64,000 bases of DNA, taken from Candidatus Shapirobacteria bacterium. Its GTDB lineage: Bacteria; Patescibacteriota; Microgenomatia; UBA12405. The stretch covers positions 67,146 to 131,145 of the forward strand of contig JBAYIT010000003.1 of the NCBI GenBank assembly GCA_041665485.1, written 5' to 3'. The translations under genes were made by a program, and so were the position numbers. Shown here one piece after another: positions 36,638 to 45,682 of this stretch. Below the pieces are notes generated by a model. The model saw only the letters and a program-made list of their open reading frames with translations. It was not told the DNA's origin and ran no database searches. Position 1 is the first letter of the stretch, and every line of letters begins with the position of its first letter.

Positions 36638-36943
36638 ATGCAAAAAGATTTAGTTGACCAAGTTTACGATGCCCTAAAAAAGGTCTACGACCCCGAAGTC
36701 AACGTCAGTATCGTCGATATGGGTTTAATTTACGATGTTCGGGAAAAGGAGGGCAAAGTTACTATTGACTACACTCTTACCAGTATGGGTTGCCCCCTCG
36801 CTTTTGAAATTGAAGGTCTTGTTAAAACTGCTATCAAAAAAATCAAAGCCATTAAATCACTAAAACTCAAGCTTGTTTGGGACCCACCTTGGGACCAATC
36901 CAAAATGTCTCCCACCGCCAAAGCCGAACTAGGAATTGAATAA
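36638..36943 (+). CDS. DUF59/SufT-like metal-sulfur cluster biosynthesis protein
   Basis: DPEVNVSIVDMGLIY, TLTSMGCP, VWDPPW. Confidence 0.92.
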   Translation: MQKDLVDQVYDALKKVYDPEVNVSIVDMGLIYDVREKEGKVTIDYTLTSMGCPLAFEIEGLVKTAIKKIKAIKSLKLKLVWDPPWDQSKMSPTAKAELGIE

Positions 36944-36967
36944 AAGATCGGTTGTATAATCTATCTT

Positions 36968-38416
36968 ATGACTAAAGTATCTCTCGCCAAGTTAGGTCAG
37001 GAAACTGGTGTCGGTTTTGGTAGTAGTGGGGTTAGAGCTAAAATCGAAGACCTAACCGACAGGCTGGTTTATGTTTATACTACCGCCTTTCTCTCTTATC
37101 TCAAACAAATCGATCAAATTAAGGAAAGTGTCGTCATTGCCGGAGACTTACGCAATAGCACGCCAAGAATAACCGTTGCCGCCGCCAAAGCCGTCACTGA
37201 TTTTGGCTGTCAAATTATTAATTGTGGTCTTATTCCCACTCCGGCAGTTTGTTTCTATGGCTTTCAACACAATATTCCTTCTATTATGGTTACTGGCAGT
37301 CACATTCCAGACGATCGTAACGGCCTTAAATATAATTGTCCTCAAGAAGAACTTCTAAAAAGCGGTGAGCAATACATCGCTAATTCCGAAGTTGAAATCG
37401 ACGATCATCTATTCGATTCGAATGGTCAATTTCGGGAAACTGAATTAAGTCTCCCGCCATCTCAAAATCCAGCTTTAGAAATTTATATCCAAAGATATCT
37501 TGATTTTTTCCCTAATTTGTTTCTTCGGGGGAAGACCATTGCTCTTTATGGTCATAGCGCTGTTGGTCGGGAAATATTGTTTGAAATTCTTTGCAAGCTA
37601 GGGGCCAAAGTTATTAGACTTGGTTTTTCCGATCAGTTTAAGGCTGTCGACACTGAAGCAATCGAAGAAGAGACAATTAATTTAGGTAAGCAATGGGCTC
37701 GGCAAAATAATTTTGATGCTATTGTTTCCACTGATGGTGATAGCGATCGTCCCTTGATTGGCGATGAGAATGGCAATTGGCTTCGTTCCGACATTCTCGG
37801 CATCCTTACTGCCAAGGACCTTGGCGCTGAAGCTGTTGTTGTTCCCGTCAGTTGCAACACGGGGGTTGATAAATCTGGCTGGTTTAAAAAAGTTGTAAAA
37901 ACTAAGATAGGTTCTCCTTATGTTGTTGAAGCCATGAAAAATCTCGTAAACCAAGGTTTTTCCAATGTCGTTGGCTACGAAGGTAATGGTGGTTTTTTTC
38001 TTGGTAATCAGGTTGGAAGTCTCAAACCTTTAGTTACTCGCGATGCCCTTATTCAAATTCTTTCTTGGTTAAAGATGTCCGTCATTTCCAATAAAAGCAT
38101 CTCCAAGTTGGCCGAAATCATTCCTAAAAGATACACCCAAAGCGGTAGTCTTAAAGGTTTCCCCACCCAAAAGAGTTTACAAATTGTCGAGGTTCAAACA
38201 AAGCAAACCCTGGCCATTCTGGAAGAAAACTTTGGTTCCATCAATTCCGTTGATCAAACCGACGGCTTAAGGGTCACTTTCGACGATGGTGACATTGTCC
38301 ATCTTAGACCATCAAAAAATTCACCAGAATTCAGGAACTACTGCGAATCAGACTCCCCAGACAAAGCCAAAGAATTGTCTCTTAAAGCCGGCAAACTTAT
38401 TGCCAGTTGGCTGTGA
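36968..38416 (+). CDS. phosphomannomutase/phosphoglucomutase
   Basis: FGSSGVR, TGSHIP, DGDSDRP, GYEGNGG, DGLR, HLRPS. Confidence 0.93.
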   Translation: MTKVSLAKLGQETGVGFGSSGVRAKIEDLTDRLVYVYTTAFLSYLKQIDQIKESVVIAGDLRNSTPRITVAAAKAVTDFGCQIINCGLIPTPAVCFYGFQHNIPSIMVTGSHIPDDRNGLKYNCPQEELLKSGEQYIANSEVEIDDHLFDSNGQFRETELSLPPSQNPALEIYIQRYLDFFPNLFLRGKTIALYGHSAVGREILFEILCKLGAKVIRLGFSDQFKAVDTEAIEEETINLGKQWARQNNFDAIVSTDGDSDRPLIGDENGNWLRSDILGILTAKDLGAEAVVVPVSCNTGVDKSGWFKKVVKTKIGSPYVVEAMKNLVNQGFSNVVGYEGNGGFFLGNQVGSLKPLVTRDALIQILSWLKMSVISNKSISKLAEIIPKRYTQSGSLKGFPTQKSLQIVEVQTKQTLAILEENFGSINSVDQTDGLRVTFDDGDIVHLRPSKNSPEFRNYCESDSPDKAKELSLKAGKLIASWL

Positions 38417-38544
38417 GCCCACTGTCCCGATTTTGGAACCCTTAATAAGCAGTATTCTACAACTTTATGAAAAGTTAAAACAGTTGGGTTTTACCTATTA
38501 CCAAGGTAAAATTGTAGTTATTGATTTCGAAATAGATAACCAAC

Positions 38545-39021
38545 ATGTTTAAACTGTTTAATCGTCAAAATAGTCAAGATCTCTTACGCTCAAGTCTTTA
38601 CGATGAAAGAACTTTTTATCGTCAATTCATACGGGACTTAGAAAACAGTAAAAAAGAGGTGGTTATCGAAAGTCCGTTCATCACTTCGAGCCGAATGAGC
38701 CATCTTACCCCCATCTTCACCAACTTAGTAAGAAGGGGAGTAAAAGTCTACGTTTTAACTCGAAATCCCAAAGAACATACCGCCATCTATGAGCAACAAT
38801 CAGAAACCGAAATACGTAAGTTTGAAATATTAGGTGTCCAAGTTCTCATCTGTACGGGAAATCATCACCGCAAGCTTGCCATAATCGACCAGGGCATACT
38901 TTGGGAGGGAAGTCTTAATATTTTGTCTCAAACAAAAAGCCGTGAGATTATGAGGCGTATGGAGAGCAAGACGCTTGCCATAGAAATGTTTAATTTTTTA
39001 AAGTTAAAAAAGTTCCTATAA
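38545..39021 (+). CDS. single-domain phospholipase D-family nuclease-like protein
   Basis: IESPFIT, HRKLAIID, GSLN. Confidence 0.85.
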   Translation: MFKLFNRQNSQDLLRSSLYDERTFYRQFIRDLENSKKEVVIESPFITSSRMSHLTPIFTNLVRRGVKVYVLTRNPKEHTAIYEQQSETEIRKFEILGVQVLICTGNHHRKLAIIDQGILWEGSLNILSQTKSREIMRRMESKTLAIEMFNFLKLKKFL

Positions 39022-39052
39022 TCTACAATCCGGGTTATAATACTTCAAAACC

Positions 39053-39265
39053 ATGGCTAAAAAACTTGACCAAATCGAAAAAGATATTGCAAAAGTCATT
39101 AACTTTCTCAAAAAAACTGATCCGACCAAAGCCACCCGAAAACATGCGTTAGAAATGCTCGGTAACATGCAAACATTGGCCCATCTTATTGCCCACAAAG
39201 TTGTTGATGATGAAAGAAATGGCAAAATCAAAAAAGTTAAGAAAATCCCCTCAAGACTAAACTAA
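39053..39265 (+). CDS. hypothetical small basic protein
   Basis: 70 aa, -10-like box upstream. Confidence 0.55.
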   Translation: MAKKLDQIEKDIAKVINFLKKTDPTKATRKHALEMLGNMQTLAHLIAHKVVDDERNGKIKKVKKIPSRLN

Positions 39266-39468
39266 AACGACAAAATATCCGATGACCTGACTTTTAGTGC
39301 CTTTAAAATCTTTTCAAAGTTTTCAATAGAGACGTTTTCTTCATCACGCTCAAGCCGAGCATAAAAATTAGGATGTATCCCGGCGGCTTTAGCCACTTCC
39401 GCTTGTGTCATATCTTTTTCTTCCCGAACCTCTCTAAGTCTTTTACCAATTTTATTTTGGACGTTCAT
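39262..39468 (-). CDS. XRE-family HTH regulator
   Basis: IGKRLREVR...MTQAEVA..AGIH..FYARLER. Confidence 0.92.
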   Translation of the reverse strand: MNVQNKIGKRLREVREEKDMTQAEVAKAAGIHPNFYARLERDEENVSIENFEKILKALKVRSSDILSF

Positions 39469-39499
39469 AGTTTGATTATAACTCCTTTATACCTGCGAT

Positions 39500-40138
39500 T
39501 TAATTAACCACATTAATTTTTGTAGGTATTGTCCTAAGCTTCTTTACGTTTGGAACCATTATATTATCCCGATGAAACAACAAAATCTTATCTGAACTCA
39601 TAATTAGTACTTTCGACCCATTTTTTGGTTTAGTCATCTGTTTAGTATTCTGTTCATTTCCAAACTCATTTAATAACGCCTCCATCTTTTGCGTTTGGTT
39701 TGGAAATATTAAGTAAGTTGAAAGCTCTTTTAGAAAAACCCACTTAATGTTTCTGATTTCTTCTTCCTGAGGCTTTAAGTCCATTTCTTCACCTAAAAAT
39801 TTCACCAAAAACTGGACTCTTTCTTGGCCACGGTAAACTGATTTATTTTCAGCTATCTTTTTGTTTATTACCTCATCGGGCCATTCATACCGATCCACCT
39901 GCTCACTAACCTTAATTACCTCAAATTTATCACTACCCAATTCTTCATTCAATTCTCTGATTATTGCGTTTCTTGGTGTCTCACCCTCAATAATCCCTCC
40001 GCCAGGTATATCCCATTCATTATCTTTATAGCTACTTTTTTGGACAATCAGAATCCGGCCCGATTTATCCAATATTACAGCACTGGTACTCTGTCTGTAA
40101 GTTAAATTATCACGATAAATTTTCTGAGCATTATCCAT
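39500..40138 (-). CDS. NUDIX hydrolase (RppH-like) with a fused fragment of a second NUDIX gene
   Basis: YRQS, WDIPGGGI.EGE...AIIRELNEELG, YRGQ; tail MTKPKNGSKVLIMSSDKILLFHRDNI. Confidence 0.85.
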   Translation of the reverse strand: MDNAQKIYRDNLTYRQSTSAVILDKSGRILIVQKSSYKDNEWDIPGGGIIEGETPRNAIIRELNEELGSDKFEVIKVSEQVDRYEWPDEVINKKIAENKSVYRGQERVQFLVKFLGEEMDLKPQEEEIRNIKWVFLKELSTYLIFPNQTQKMEALLNEFGNEQNTKQMTKPKNGSKVLIMSSDKILLFHRDNIMVPNVKKLRTIPTKINVVN

Positions 40139-40191
40139 AAGTTAATTATATAAGTAATGTTTAATCCAACAATTTTCTCCCGCTCTTACTT

Positions 40192-40668
40192 TCATTTTGA
40201 ACTCAAACTATTATCAAATGTTTGTATCCACCCATTCCACTTTTCATTATTCATTTCCGTTTCTTCAAAATTATTGTTGGTGAACTCGGCAATAAACTTT
40301 AACCAGAAGGTGTGAGCCTTTGGATTTTCCCTTATTTGTCTATTTTCCCATTTGCCCGGTGATTGGGTAAATACTAACCTAGCTGCTTCTGACCCAATTC
40401 CGTTTTTTCTAAATTCTTTTTTAACATAAAACTCGGAAATTGTTTTTCCCTCTGTCAATACCAACAAGTATGAATTTATTAGGGCAAATCCGGCTATTTT
40501 TCCGTCGACCTTTATGAAATATGGATACCTGTTCGGTTTCTCCCAATATGAATCTAAATATTTATATTCTTCTGCTTTTTCACCTACCATTTCTTTCTCA
40601 TAATCCCAAAGCATGTCACTCAAAATTTTTTTATCGGCAATATCAATTAAAACTATTTCAATTTTCAT
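40192..40668 (-). CDS. GNAT acetyltransferase
   Basis: IAGFALI, ISEFYV..EFRKNGIG, NPKAHTFW. Confidence 0.9.
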   Translation of the reverse strand: MKIEIVLIDIADKKILSDMLWDYEKEMVGEKAEEYKYLDSYWEKPNRYPYFIKVDGKIAGFALINSYLLVLTEGKTISEFYVKKEFRKNGIGSEAARLVFTQSPGKWENRQIRENPKAHTFWLKFIAEFTNNNFEETEMNNEKWNGWIQTFDNSLSSK

Positions 40669-40702
40669 GGTTGATTATAACCCAGTATATAATTACCCAT
40701 AT

Positions 40703-41641
40703 ATGCACATCATTTATCTTTCCGGTGGTAGCCTTCGCAACAAAACTTGGATTGAAACTATCAAATCAAATTTTGACACCTTTTCTGATGGTCAAATTCT
40801 TTATTACGACCATTGGCAAACCGGAGAGAAAAATCTAAATTTTGAAATTGAATCTCAGAAATTAGCTGAATTGGTTAAAGATAAGGATGAATATTTTGTT
40901 TTCGCTAAATCCATTGGTTCAATTCTGGCTCTAAAAAGTATTTATGAAAAAACAATCAATCCAAAAAGAATGATAATTTGCGGTCATCCCTATAATCTGA
41001 CCAAAGAGTTAGGCTTTCCAGTAAATGATTACCTAAAATATCTGGCTGTTCCCACCATGTTTATCCAAAACGAGTTTGATCTCCTATTTAACTATGTCGA
41101 TTTGGAAAAAGTTTTAAAAGAAAACAGTCCGGTGGACTATCAGCTAATCAAAAACCCGGATAATAATACTCATGATTACGAGGATTTTGAACAATTGGCT
41201 GAATTATCTAAAATATATTTTGGAGATGAAGACAAACAAGTCCATCTTGGAAAGATTTATACCACTTTGGACATTGTTGCCAAAAAACTTAACTCTCTAG
41301 ACATCAAATGGTTTTTGGGTGCTAGTGGCGCTTTAATGGTTCATGGCGTAAATATTGTTCCATGGGACATTGATGTTTTAACCACTTCTGAAAATATTGA
41401 TATTATTGCCAAAGAATTCGAAAAGTTTTTAGTTAGTACCGACGATGATGGATTATTTTTAAAGATTAATGGAATAGAAGTTGAGATAATAAAATTAAAT
41501 GATCTTGGTGATCCCACTCCAACATTATTTCAAAATAATTTAATCCCTGTAAATACGCTCAAAAACGAATTGTATTATTACGAACAACGCCCCGGAAAAG
41601 AAAACACTATTAGATTAATAAAAGAAAAGTTAGGTATTTAA
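40703..41641 (+). CDS. alpha/beta-hydrolase fused to a Pol-beta-type nucleotidyltransferase domain
   Basis: AKSIG nucleophile elbow, THDY; C-terminal WFLGASGALMVHGV....DIDV. Confidence 0.75.
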   Translation: MHIIYLSGGSLRNKTWIETIKSNFDTFSDGQILYYDHWQTGEKNLNFEIESQKLAELVKDKDEYFVFAKSIGSILALKSIYEKTINPKRMIICGHPYNLTKELGFPVNDYLKYLAVPTMFIQNEFDLLFNYVDLEKVLKENSPVDYQLIKNPDNNTHDYEDFEQLAELSKIYFGDEDKQVHLGKIYTTLDIVAKKLNSLDIKWFLGASGALMVHGVNIVPWDIDVLTTSENIDIIAKEFEKFLVSTDDDGLFLKINGIEVEIIKLNDLGDPTPTLFQNNLIPVNTLKNELYYYEQRPGKENTIRLIKEKLGI

Positions 41642-41656
41642 GAATATTCATTGTTT

Positions 41657-42157
41657 ATGAATCTAACTCCTAAAATTAGAAAAGCATTGCGAGTGGCTGC
41701 AACCCAACATGATGGTCAGTACCGCAAAGACGGTGTCACCCCATTTATCATTCACCCGTTCGAAGTCGCTATGATTGTCTCGGAATATACCAACGATGAG
41801 GATATTATTAGTTCTGCCTTACTTCATGATGTATTGGAGGATACTCAAGGTTATTCTTACGAAAGACTAATAGAGGACTTTGGCAATAAAGTGGCCGATA
41901 TCGTTCAATCATTAACTGACAAACCATTACCTGATTTAACTTGGAATGATAAGCATATTAAATACTTGGAAAACTTAAAACATAGTAGTGATGAATCTGT
42001 CTTAATTTGTTTGGCAGATAAATATTCTAATGTATCCACGGGACCGGTGGATCAAAATAGGGTTTGGTATTACCAAGGAGTGATTAATGTGGCCAAAGAG
42101 AGAAAACTGACCAAAGATACTAAATTATTAGAAGATTTTGAAGATTTAATTAAATGA
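41657..42157 (+). CDS. HD-domain (p)ppGpp hydrolase-like protein (Mesh1/SAH type)
   Basis: HDGQYRK....PFIIHP.EVA, ALLHDVLEDT, LADKYSN. Confidence 0.88.
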   Translation: MNLTPKIRKALRVAATQHDGQYRKDGVTPFIIHPFEVAMIVSEYTNDEDIISSALLHDVLEDTQGYSYERLIEDFGNKVADIVQSLTDKPLPDLTWNDKHIKYLENLKHSSDESVLICLADKYSNVSTGPVDQNRVWYYQGVINVAKERKLTKDTKLLEDFEDLIK

Positions 42158-42729
42158 ACCAGGGTATAAATTTAGATATAGCTAAGAAAACAGTTGCGTG
42201 GGGCACTAAATCAGACATGCCCCGACTAATTATTTTGATGGGTCTTCCTGGCTCGGGAAAATCGTATGTTTCTTCTTATCTCCATGACAAACACGGTTTT
42301 ACGATTTTATCCGGAGAAAACATCACCTTTGCACTTTTTGGTAAGGTTGACTGCACGGGTAGCGAATATTCTCTAGCTTACGACATTTTACGTCAATTGG
42401 CTATTAAGTTAATTTCCCAAGGTTATTCGGTTGTTATTGATGGTACCAATTTAAAATATATTTTTCGTCAACAAATTTATGATGATGTAAATTGTCCCAA
42501 CACCACTCTTTTATTTCTCAAAGTTGACGATAAAACCGCTTTAAACAGAATCTCACAAAGGGGAATTGATTATCAGAACGAAAAAGATATTAGAAGCTCA
42601 ATTTCGACAGAAGTATTCAAAAAATTTAAAAGCCAAACAGAAGAACCTCTACCCAGAGAAAATTCCATCACTCTAATTTCTGACGATAACTTGTTTCCCC
42701 AAATTGACGCAGTTTTTAGAGTAAAATAG
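42154..42729 (+). CDS. P-loop kinase (AAA_33 family)
   Basis: GLPGSGKS, VVIDGTN, R...R lid. Confidence 0.85.
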   Translation: MNQGINLDIAKKTVAWGTKSDMPRLIILMGLPGSGKSYVSSYLHDKHGFTILSGENITFALFGKVDCTGSEYSLAYDILRQLAIKLISQGYSVVIDGTNLKYIFRQQIYDDVNCPNTTLLFLKVDDKTALNRISQRGIDYQNEKDIRSSISTEVFKKFKSQTEEPLPRENSITLISDDNLFPQIDAVFRVK

Positions 42730-42733
42730 AGTC

Positions 42734-43189
42734 ATGTCTAATCAGGTTGATATTTCTAAATTACATTCGGTGATAGTTAATGCTGTTGTCGAAAAAGACG
42801 GCAAGATTTTAGTATCACAGCGAAGCTTCGAAGAAGCTCATGAACCAGGAAAATGGACTATCCCGGGTGGCAAGATTGACAAGACTGAAGGTAATATTTT
42901 CAATATTATCGAAAAAACTTGTGCCAGAGAAATCGAAGAAGAAACAGGGATTAAGATTAAAGAAAATATTCAATTAATGACCAACAATACATTTATTAGG
43001 TCAAATGGCCAACACGTCATTGCCTTAATTTGTCTTTGTCACTGGGAATCAGGTGAGGCTCAGGCTTTAGAAGACACCATCGGCATAAAATGGATATCTA
43101 AAGATGAAATCGACAAGTTCGATTTTGCCCCAAACGTCAAAGGATATATTGAGATGGGATTTGAAAAATTAAACAAAATGAAGGTTTAA
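42734..43189 (+). CDS. NUDIX hydrolase
   Basis: WTIPGGKID...AREIEEETGI. Confidence 0.9.
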   Translation: MSNQVDISKLHSVIVNAVVEKDGKILVSQRSFEEAHEPGKWTIPGGKIDKTEGNIFNIIEKTCAREIEEETGIKIKENIQLMTNNTFIRSNGQHVIALICLCHWESGEAQALEDTIGIKWISKDEIDKFDFAPNVKGYIEMGFEKLNKMKV

Positions 43190-43427
43190 AAAATACGACT
43201 AAAGGGATTCGGACTGCCGTAATTGACGTAGGGACTCTTAAAAGTAAGTTTGAAGTAAGGGAGTTTGACGAATTCCTGAATTTTTATTGTTTTTGGCGCC
43301 GGCATCATTTTTGAAGTTTAAGGTGGTCATTTATTACTAGTAGTGTCAAGGTTGTCATGGCGCCAAGACAATTGAATATCTGACTTCAAAAAATAGAACC
43401 ACACTTAGAATGAACCGTTCGTCAGGG

Positions 43428-43455
43428 TTGTAATTTCCCGATATCGGGATATAAT
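43428..43455 (+). promoter_or_regulatory. promoter with a palindromic operator in the spacer
   Basis: TTGTAA 43428-33, TCCCGATATCGGGA 43436-49, TATAAT 43450-55. Confidence 0.7.
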
Positions 43456-43460
43456 TGGTC

Positions 43461-44387
43461 ATGTCTGTACTACTAAAAATACCAGGTTACCTTACTCTAT
43501 CTGAAGCTGAAGAACGCTACAAAGTGAAAGCTGACACTTTGAAGAAAAAATGTCAAAACGGAAAAATTAAAGGAGCCGTAAAACAGGGGAAAACTTGGTT
43601 TGTTCCTAGTATCCCCAATATTGATCCAAATTTACCAATTGTAGATAACTACCCTGGATTAAATTTTGATTCCGCCTATAAATCAAATATTCTTTTATAC
43701 GAAGCTGAAGATGAAGCTCAAAATTATTTCCAATCAAAATTTAATAGTTATATTTACATTTGGGAGTATGGGTATTATTTTGTCACCTTGGCTTTTAATC
43801 ACTCTTCCTTGGAAAGGTCTTATCTTCCACTGGCTTCCTTTATAACAGAAGCCCATGGCGCATTACGAGAATCCTTCTTGTTGAATCTTAAGGGTTATGC
43901 TCCTGGTTCTTTTGCATTACTTAGGAAGACCCACGAGAATACGCTAAAAGCCCTGGCTGGTAAAATAAAACCAGCTGTGATTTGGACTATAGCCCCCGAA
44001 GGTAACATTCAAAAGGCAGAGAGTGTTATTGGTATTCAGCTTAAAAGTGTGTGGATATTGGGATCAAGCTTTGCACATTCGAATTTACTGAAACTTTTTA
44101 AAGCAAAACAAGATATGGACAATAACGTTTCCGAGCTAGGAGTGACATATGGTCCACAAATTGACGAGAAACAGTTTAGGGCGGCGTCTAATTGTTCAAT
44201 TTTCTGGCTTTACGTTTTAATCAAATTCTTGCCACTAATATTTCCCGGTCAATTAAGTGACTATTGGATGTCAAAACAAGACGAGTCAGCAAAGATGATG
44301 AAAGATTATATTGTTTCGACTGGTGGTTTAAAAAGAGAAATCGAATCTATTGATAGGGCGGTAACTAACTTGAAAAAACAAAAGTAA
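43461..44387 (+). CDS. excisionase-like HTH fused to a helical HEPN/DUF5677-like domain
   Basis: YLTLSEAEERY....TLKKKC..GKI.GA.KQGKTWFVP; LLRKTHEN and SSFAHSN. Confidence 0.6.
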   Translation: MSVLLKIPGYLTLSEAEERYKVKADTLKKKCQNGKIKGAVKQGKTWFVPSIPNIDPNLPIVDNYPGLNFDSAYKSNILLYEAEDEAQNYFQSKFNSYIYIWEYGYYFVTLAFNHSSLERSYLPLASFITEAHGALRESFLLNLKGYAPGSFALLRKTHENTLKALAGKIKPAVIWTIAPEGNIQKAESVIGIQLKSVWILGSSFAHSNLLKLFKAKQDMDNNVSELGVTYGPQIDEKQFRAASNCSIFWLYVLIKFLPLIFPGQLSDYWMSKQDESAKMMKDYIVSTGGLKREIESIDRAVTNLKKQK

Positions 44388-44413
44388 TTCCCTCGATGTC
44401 GAAAGATTGATGC

Positions 44414-45682
44414 TTATTGATCTATCTTTATAGTATCTTCTTCCCCTTCAGGTAATTCCAGCATATCAATTTTTGGTAAGGCGGTACCAATCAATCCCTG
44501 AAGATCACCATAAATACCGGCGGTGTTGAGATAAACCTTTTGCATATTTTTTTCTTCTTTTTCCCACTTTTTGGTGAAATAGGCTTTTTCGATATTAAGT
44601 TCTTTTTGTCGACTAGTAAAATATTCCAACCAAACTTCAATTCTTTGTTTGAAGTCGTTACTAGTCAAATAGTTGTAAACAATCTCGGACTTTTTACCCC
44701 TGTCTTCACCTGACGTTCTGGCATTGCTTAGGTCAATCAATTGACTACGGAGGATAGTTGTTAGTGCGATAACTGAATTAAAGTTGACCACCATGACACC
44801 ATCGCGAAGGCCGAATGTTTTTATATCTTCAGGCATAACAATAGAAACGATAACCGCCAAATCAGCTTTTTCCCTTCTTTTGTCATCTTTTAGTTTTGGT
44901 ATCCAAGTATCAGTCCAATTTTTGGTTCTTTTTGATTCCCACACAATCGTCCCACAAACTTTGCCATAGTTATTTTTAACTCTTTGGATAACGTCGGCGC
45001 CATTATCACCCTTGGGAACTGGAAGAATATCATCATAAATAAATGCTTGACGCAATAATTCCTCAAGTTCCACTTCAAGTATTTCACCCTGTGATTGTTG
45101 TGAACCTTGTTGAAGTTTTCTGGTTAAACCGTCAATCGCCTTTTCGGCATCTGATAATTTTTTGTCTTTTTCCGCTATTTGTAACTTGTACTTGTCACCC
45201 AATTGACCCGTAACTTCTTGAGATACTTTTTGGGTAATCTCCTGTTCTTTTTTCATCATATCCAACTCAAAGGCTTTCTTTTCGTCCTCAAAACTCTGTT
45301 TTTCTTTCATCAGTTCAACCTGATCTTTTCGCAACTCCTCCAATTTAGTATCTTTTTGCTTTAACACTTCTTTTAAACCATCGACTTCGGCAGATGTTTC
45401 CTTGACCGCTTCTTCTTTAGCTCTCTTTTCGATTTCAACTTTTTCTGTTTTTAGTTTTTCTTCGACTTGACGATTGACGACGCCAATCAAATCAAGTTTG
45501 GCTGCTTCAATCTTTTGAGCTTTTTCTGTCAGCGCCTTTTCTTTTTCGCTGATTTCCAAATCCTTCTGTTTTTGCTTGGCTTCGTATTCTAGGCGATATT
45601 TTTCTTCTAGTTGATGGCTCAACGCTTCATCCGGTAAAAATTCAAAACTACATTGTGGACATTTTATTTTTTGATTTGTCAT
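44414..45682 (-). CDS. DUF2130 family coiled-coil protein
   Basis: IKCPQC, GSQQSQGE, VPKG..GAD, WESKRTKNW, KLKDD. Confidence 0.88.
   Translation of the reverse strand: MTNQKIKCPQCSFEFLPDEALSHQLEEKYRLEYEAKQKQKDLEISEKEKALTEKAQKIEAAKLDLIGVVNRQVEEKLKTEKVEIEKRAKEEAVKETSAEVDGLKEVLKQKDTKLEELRKDQVELMKEKQSFEDEKKAFELDMMKKEQEITQKVSQEVTGQLGDKYKLQIAEKDKKLSDAEKAIDGLTRKLQQGSQQSQGEILEVELEELLRQAFIYDDILPVPKGDNGADVIQRVKNNYGKVCGTIVWESKRTKNWTDTWIPKLKDDKRREKADLAVIVSIVMPEDIKTFGLRDGVMVVNFNSVIALTTILRSQLIDLSNARTSGEDRGKKSEIVYNYLTSNDFKQRIEVWLEYFTSRQKELNIEKAYFTKKWEKEEKNMQKVYLNTAGIYGDLQGLIGTALPKIDMLELPEGEEDTIKIDQ

Noticed and set aside
38286-38416. 5' part of ORF 38286-38552 as a real gene
   Set aside because: Overlaps the mutase C-terminus in another frame; only the part after 38416 is considered, as a possible recombinase tail
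43203-43213. GGGATTCGGAC resembling a tRNA T arm
   Set aside because: Only about 10 nt of similarity and no cloverleaf
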